From Macrostomum lignano (lineage: Eukaryota): 64,000 bases of DNA. Below are positions 61,390 to 64,000 of this stretch, piece after piece; the first letter of the stretch is position 1, and every line of letters begins with the position of its first letter. The stretch covers positions 186,001 to 250,000 of the forward strand of contig NIVC01000622.1 in assembly GCA_002269645.1 (NCBI GenBank). Direction: 5' to 3'. Below the pieces are notes generated by a model that worked only from the letters and a program-made list of their open reading frames with translations, was not told the DNA's origin and ran no database searches. The position numbers were made by a program, and so were the translations under genes.

Positions 61390-61449
61390 GTGAGAATGTC
61401 AACTGTATTAAAGTACATCTGGTTCTTTCTAAAGTTTAAATATCTTCGC

Positions 61450-61580
61450 CTGGCACCCAATTTTACAGCTGGGTGAACTGAAGCATTGCAGAGTTAAGTG
61501 TCTTGCTCAAGGACACAAATTGTTCCGATTGGGTCGGGAATCGAACCCCCGACCTTCCAGTTTTGAGTCCGACGCTCTAT
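61450..61580 (-). mobile_element. tRNA-headed CORE-like SINE 5' fragment
   Basis: Reverse strand: GAGCGTCGGACTCAAAACTGGAAGGTCGGGGGTTCGATTCCCGACCC...GTGTCCTTGAGCAAGACACTTAACTCTGCAATGCTTCAGTTCACCCAGCTGTAAAATTGGGTGCC. Confidence 0.78.
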
Positions 61581-61802
61581 AATCGTAAAAGAGTCGCAAC
61601 TTTCTATGAGTACTAACTCAAGTAGACAAAATTGATTTGTTATAAATGCGAAATGCGACCTCTTAAAATATTTTTTGCGACTTTTAGATCTCGTTTCGTT
61701 TTTTGAGTCTTCTAGAGTCTTCTTTCTTTCCTATTTTACCTGTGTTTGCCTACAACTACTCTGGGAGGTTACCGTTTTCATTTAACTCACTTTCCCTCCC
61801 AG

Positions 61803-62306
61803 GTGCCGCCTCCAAAGTCTGTAGCGGTCGACCAGGTGCCCAAAGCTTTCATCGACGCGTCGATTGTGATTCGCCGATTAGAGAACGACGTCCTGCAGGT
61901 GCAGTACTGCAAGGTGCTGGTCCAAGAGATGGAGATCAAACTGGACCAGGTGTTCCTCAACGGCCTGCTAGACATGATCAGCGTGTTGGTCACTCCGTCT
62001 GTCCAGGAGACTCGCCAGAATTTCCTCACCGACTGCGACTTTGTTGAAGCCTCGCTGGTGAGCGAGCAGCTGGCCAATCTGTCCGACAGCGGCAAGAAGC
62101 ACTTCATCGACCAGCTGCACCTGTCGCCGATTAAAATCAACTTGAGCTTCTCGCTCAGCTCAGCCGATGGCAACTCAAATCCATTTGTCAGTTTGGCAAT
62201 TGCCACTGTGCTTGGTAGCGTGGCGAGGTGCTCGGATGTCCTGTTCCAGCTGAGCTGCCTGCACCGGGAGAACACCGCCTACTCAACTGCACAGCTCATG
62301 GCTGAG
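61803..62306 (+). CDS. VPS13: VPS13 exon (VPPPKSVAVDQVPKAFID...LHLSPIKINLSFS...LMAE)
   Basis: Acceptor ctcccag/, donor GAG/gtgaga; 168 codons; VPS13_C motifs. Confidence 0.94.
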
Positions 62307-62309
62307 GTG

Positions 62310-63015
62310 AGACTTTGATTAGAATCTATAAACTAGATGAGATTCAGATCAAGTTAGGGTGAGATTCTGATCTAAGTAGGATGAGATTTTGATCACATTA
62401 GGATGAGATTTTGGTAGACTTAAATGTGAGATTTTGATAAACCTGATGTGAGATTTTGATAAATCTGATGTGAGATTTTGAGAAACCTGATGTGAGATTT
62501 TGATAAACCTAATGTGAGATTTTGATAAACCTGATGTGAGATTTTGATCAAATTAGGGTGAGATTTTTATCAGATTAGGATGAGATTTTGATCAAATTAG
62601 GGTGAGATTTTGATTTAATTAGGAAGATATTTTGATCATATTAGGATGAGATTTTGATCACATTAGGATGAGATTTTAATAGAGGTAGGATGAGATTTTG
62701 GTAGACTTAAATGTGAGATTTTGATTAAATTAGGGTGAGATTTTGATAAACCTGATGTGCGATTTTGATAAACCTGATGTGAGATTTTGATAAACCTGAT
62801 GTGAGATTTTGATAAACCTGATGTGAGATTTTGATAAACCTGATGTGAGATTTTGATCAAATTAGGGTGAGATTTTTATCAGATTCGGATGAGATTTTGA
62901 TCTAATTAGGGTGAGATTTTTTATCGAATTGGGGTAAGATTTTGATCTGAATAGGGTTAGATTTTAATCGAATTAGGGTGAGACTTTGATTAAATTATGG
63001 TGAGAGTTTAATAAA
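62310..63015. repeat. 22-bp minisatellite GATGTGAGATTTTGATAAACCT
   Basis: About 30 diverged copies. Confidence 0.9.
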
Positions 63016-63117
63016 CTTTACAATGAAATTTTGACCGCAGCAGAAAAAAGCCATTGCAATTCTACTTTAAGTAGTTTAAAAGCACCATATTCTCTATTTT
63101 TAAACCCTCACTCCCAG

Positions 63118-63267
63118 GTGAAGCGGCACTACATCCGACAGTTTGCCGGCCAGCTCTACAAGGTGTTTCTCAGCATCGACCTGATTGGCAACCCGCTCAG
63201 CGTGATCGGCGGCCTCCGCTCTGGTGCTCAGGACTTCTTCTATGAGCCCATTGCTGGCGCCATTCAG
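63118..63267 (+). CDS. VPS13: VPS13 exon (VKRHY..QLYKVFLSIDLIGNP...FFYEPIAGAIQ)
   Basis: Acceptor ctcccag/, donor CAG/gtgcgc; VPS13_C signature. Confidence 0.95.
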
Positions 63268-63274
63268 GTGCGCA

Positions 63275-63695
63275 TGACACTCAGTTTAGCGCCAATTCCG
63301 ACACTCAGTTTAGCGCCAATTCTGACACACTCAGTTTAGCGCCAATTCCGACACTCAGTTTAGCGCCAATTCTGACACACAGTTTAGCGCCAATTCTGAC
63401 TTACTCAGTTTAGCGCCAATTCTGACACACTCAGTTTAGCGCCAATTCTGACACACTCAGTTTAGCGCCAATTCTGACACACTCAGTTTAGCGCCAATTC
63501 TGACACACTCAGTTTAGCGCCAATTCTGACTTACTCAGTTTAGCGCCAATTCTGACACACTCAGTTTAGCGCCAATTCTGACACACTCAGTTTAGCGCCA
63601 ATTCTGACACTCAGTTTAGCGCCAATTCTGACTTACTCAGTTTAGCGCCAATTCTGACACACTCAGTTTAGCGCCAATTCTGACACACTCAATTT
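63275..63695. repeat. 24-27-bp minisatellite GACACACTCAGTTTAGCGCCAATTCT
   Basis: About 16 copies. Confidence 0.94.
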
Positions 63696-63757
63696 TGAAG
63701 CCAGAAAAACCCTACCGATATGTATCGAAAAGCAATTTTTACTTCACTACATTGCAG

Positions 63758-64000
63758 GGCCCTGAAGAATTCGTTGAAGGCGTGTACTCCGGCATGAAGT
63801 CATTTGTCGGCCACACAGTCGGCGGCGTGTCCGGTTTCCTGCAGCGAATGACCGGCACGGTCGGCCACCTGGCAGCCATCGCTTCGTTCGACTCGAAGTA
63901 TCAGCGCCGCAGGGAGGCGCACATTCGAGCTCGGGCCAACTACGGCACCGGCAGCAACATGGCCAAGGCAGCGCAGAACCTCGGCTTGGGCTTCGTGCAG
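63758..64000 (+). CDS. VPS13: VPS13 exon, ATG2_C-like region (GPEEFVEGV...GLGFVQ), reaches window end
   Basis: Acceptor attgcag/; 81 open codons. Confidence 0.93.

Noticed and set aside
29380-61580. Functional tRNA genes
   Set aside because: Each tRNA-like segment lacks a full cloverleaf and continues into SINE body sequence or lacks the anticodon arm
51520-62990. TTAGGG hexamers in arrays at 51.5 and 62.5 kb
   Set aside because: Single hexamers within longer units, not telomeric tracts

Overview
Eukaryotic (animal, probably invertebrate) genomic DNA. Almost the whole window is the middle and 3' part of one + strand, multi-exon gene encoding a VPS13A/C-type bridge-like lipid transfer protein. 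I can chain 31 GT-AG exons from 1572 to the window end into one open frame (7,465 nt, about 2,490 codons), plus 3 candidate in-frame cassette exons. Both ends of the gene lie outside the window. Its largest intron (30122-45232, 15.1 kb) holds a complete, intronless, antisense gene for a multi-cysteine-cluster Toll-like receptor (32375-35017, 880 aa). Nearly every intron over about 0.5 kb is filled by its own mini- or microsatellite, which explains most long ORFs in the supplied track as artefacts. The repeats show structure worth testing: (i) four arrays carry consensus NF-kB sites 3' of the nested TLR, and one carries 11 perfect CRE sites 5' of it; (ii) mutually complementary arrays bracket in-frame exons, predicting hairpins, skipping or circRNA; (iii) several units appear to be amplified splice-junction sequence; (iv) several acceptors are built from the last repeat unit. 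Fragments of a tRNA-headed CORE-like SINE are also present. All assignments come from manual reading and recalled family motifs; no searches were run, and repeat boundaries and copy numbers are approximate.
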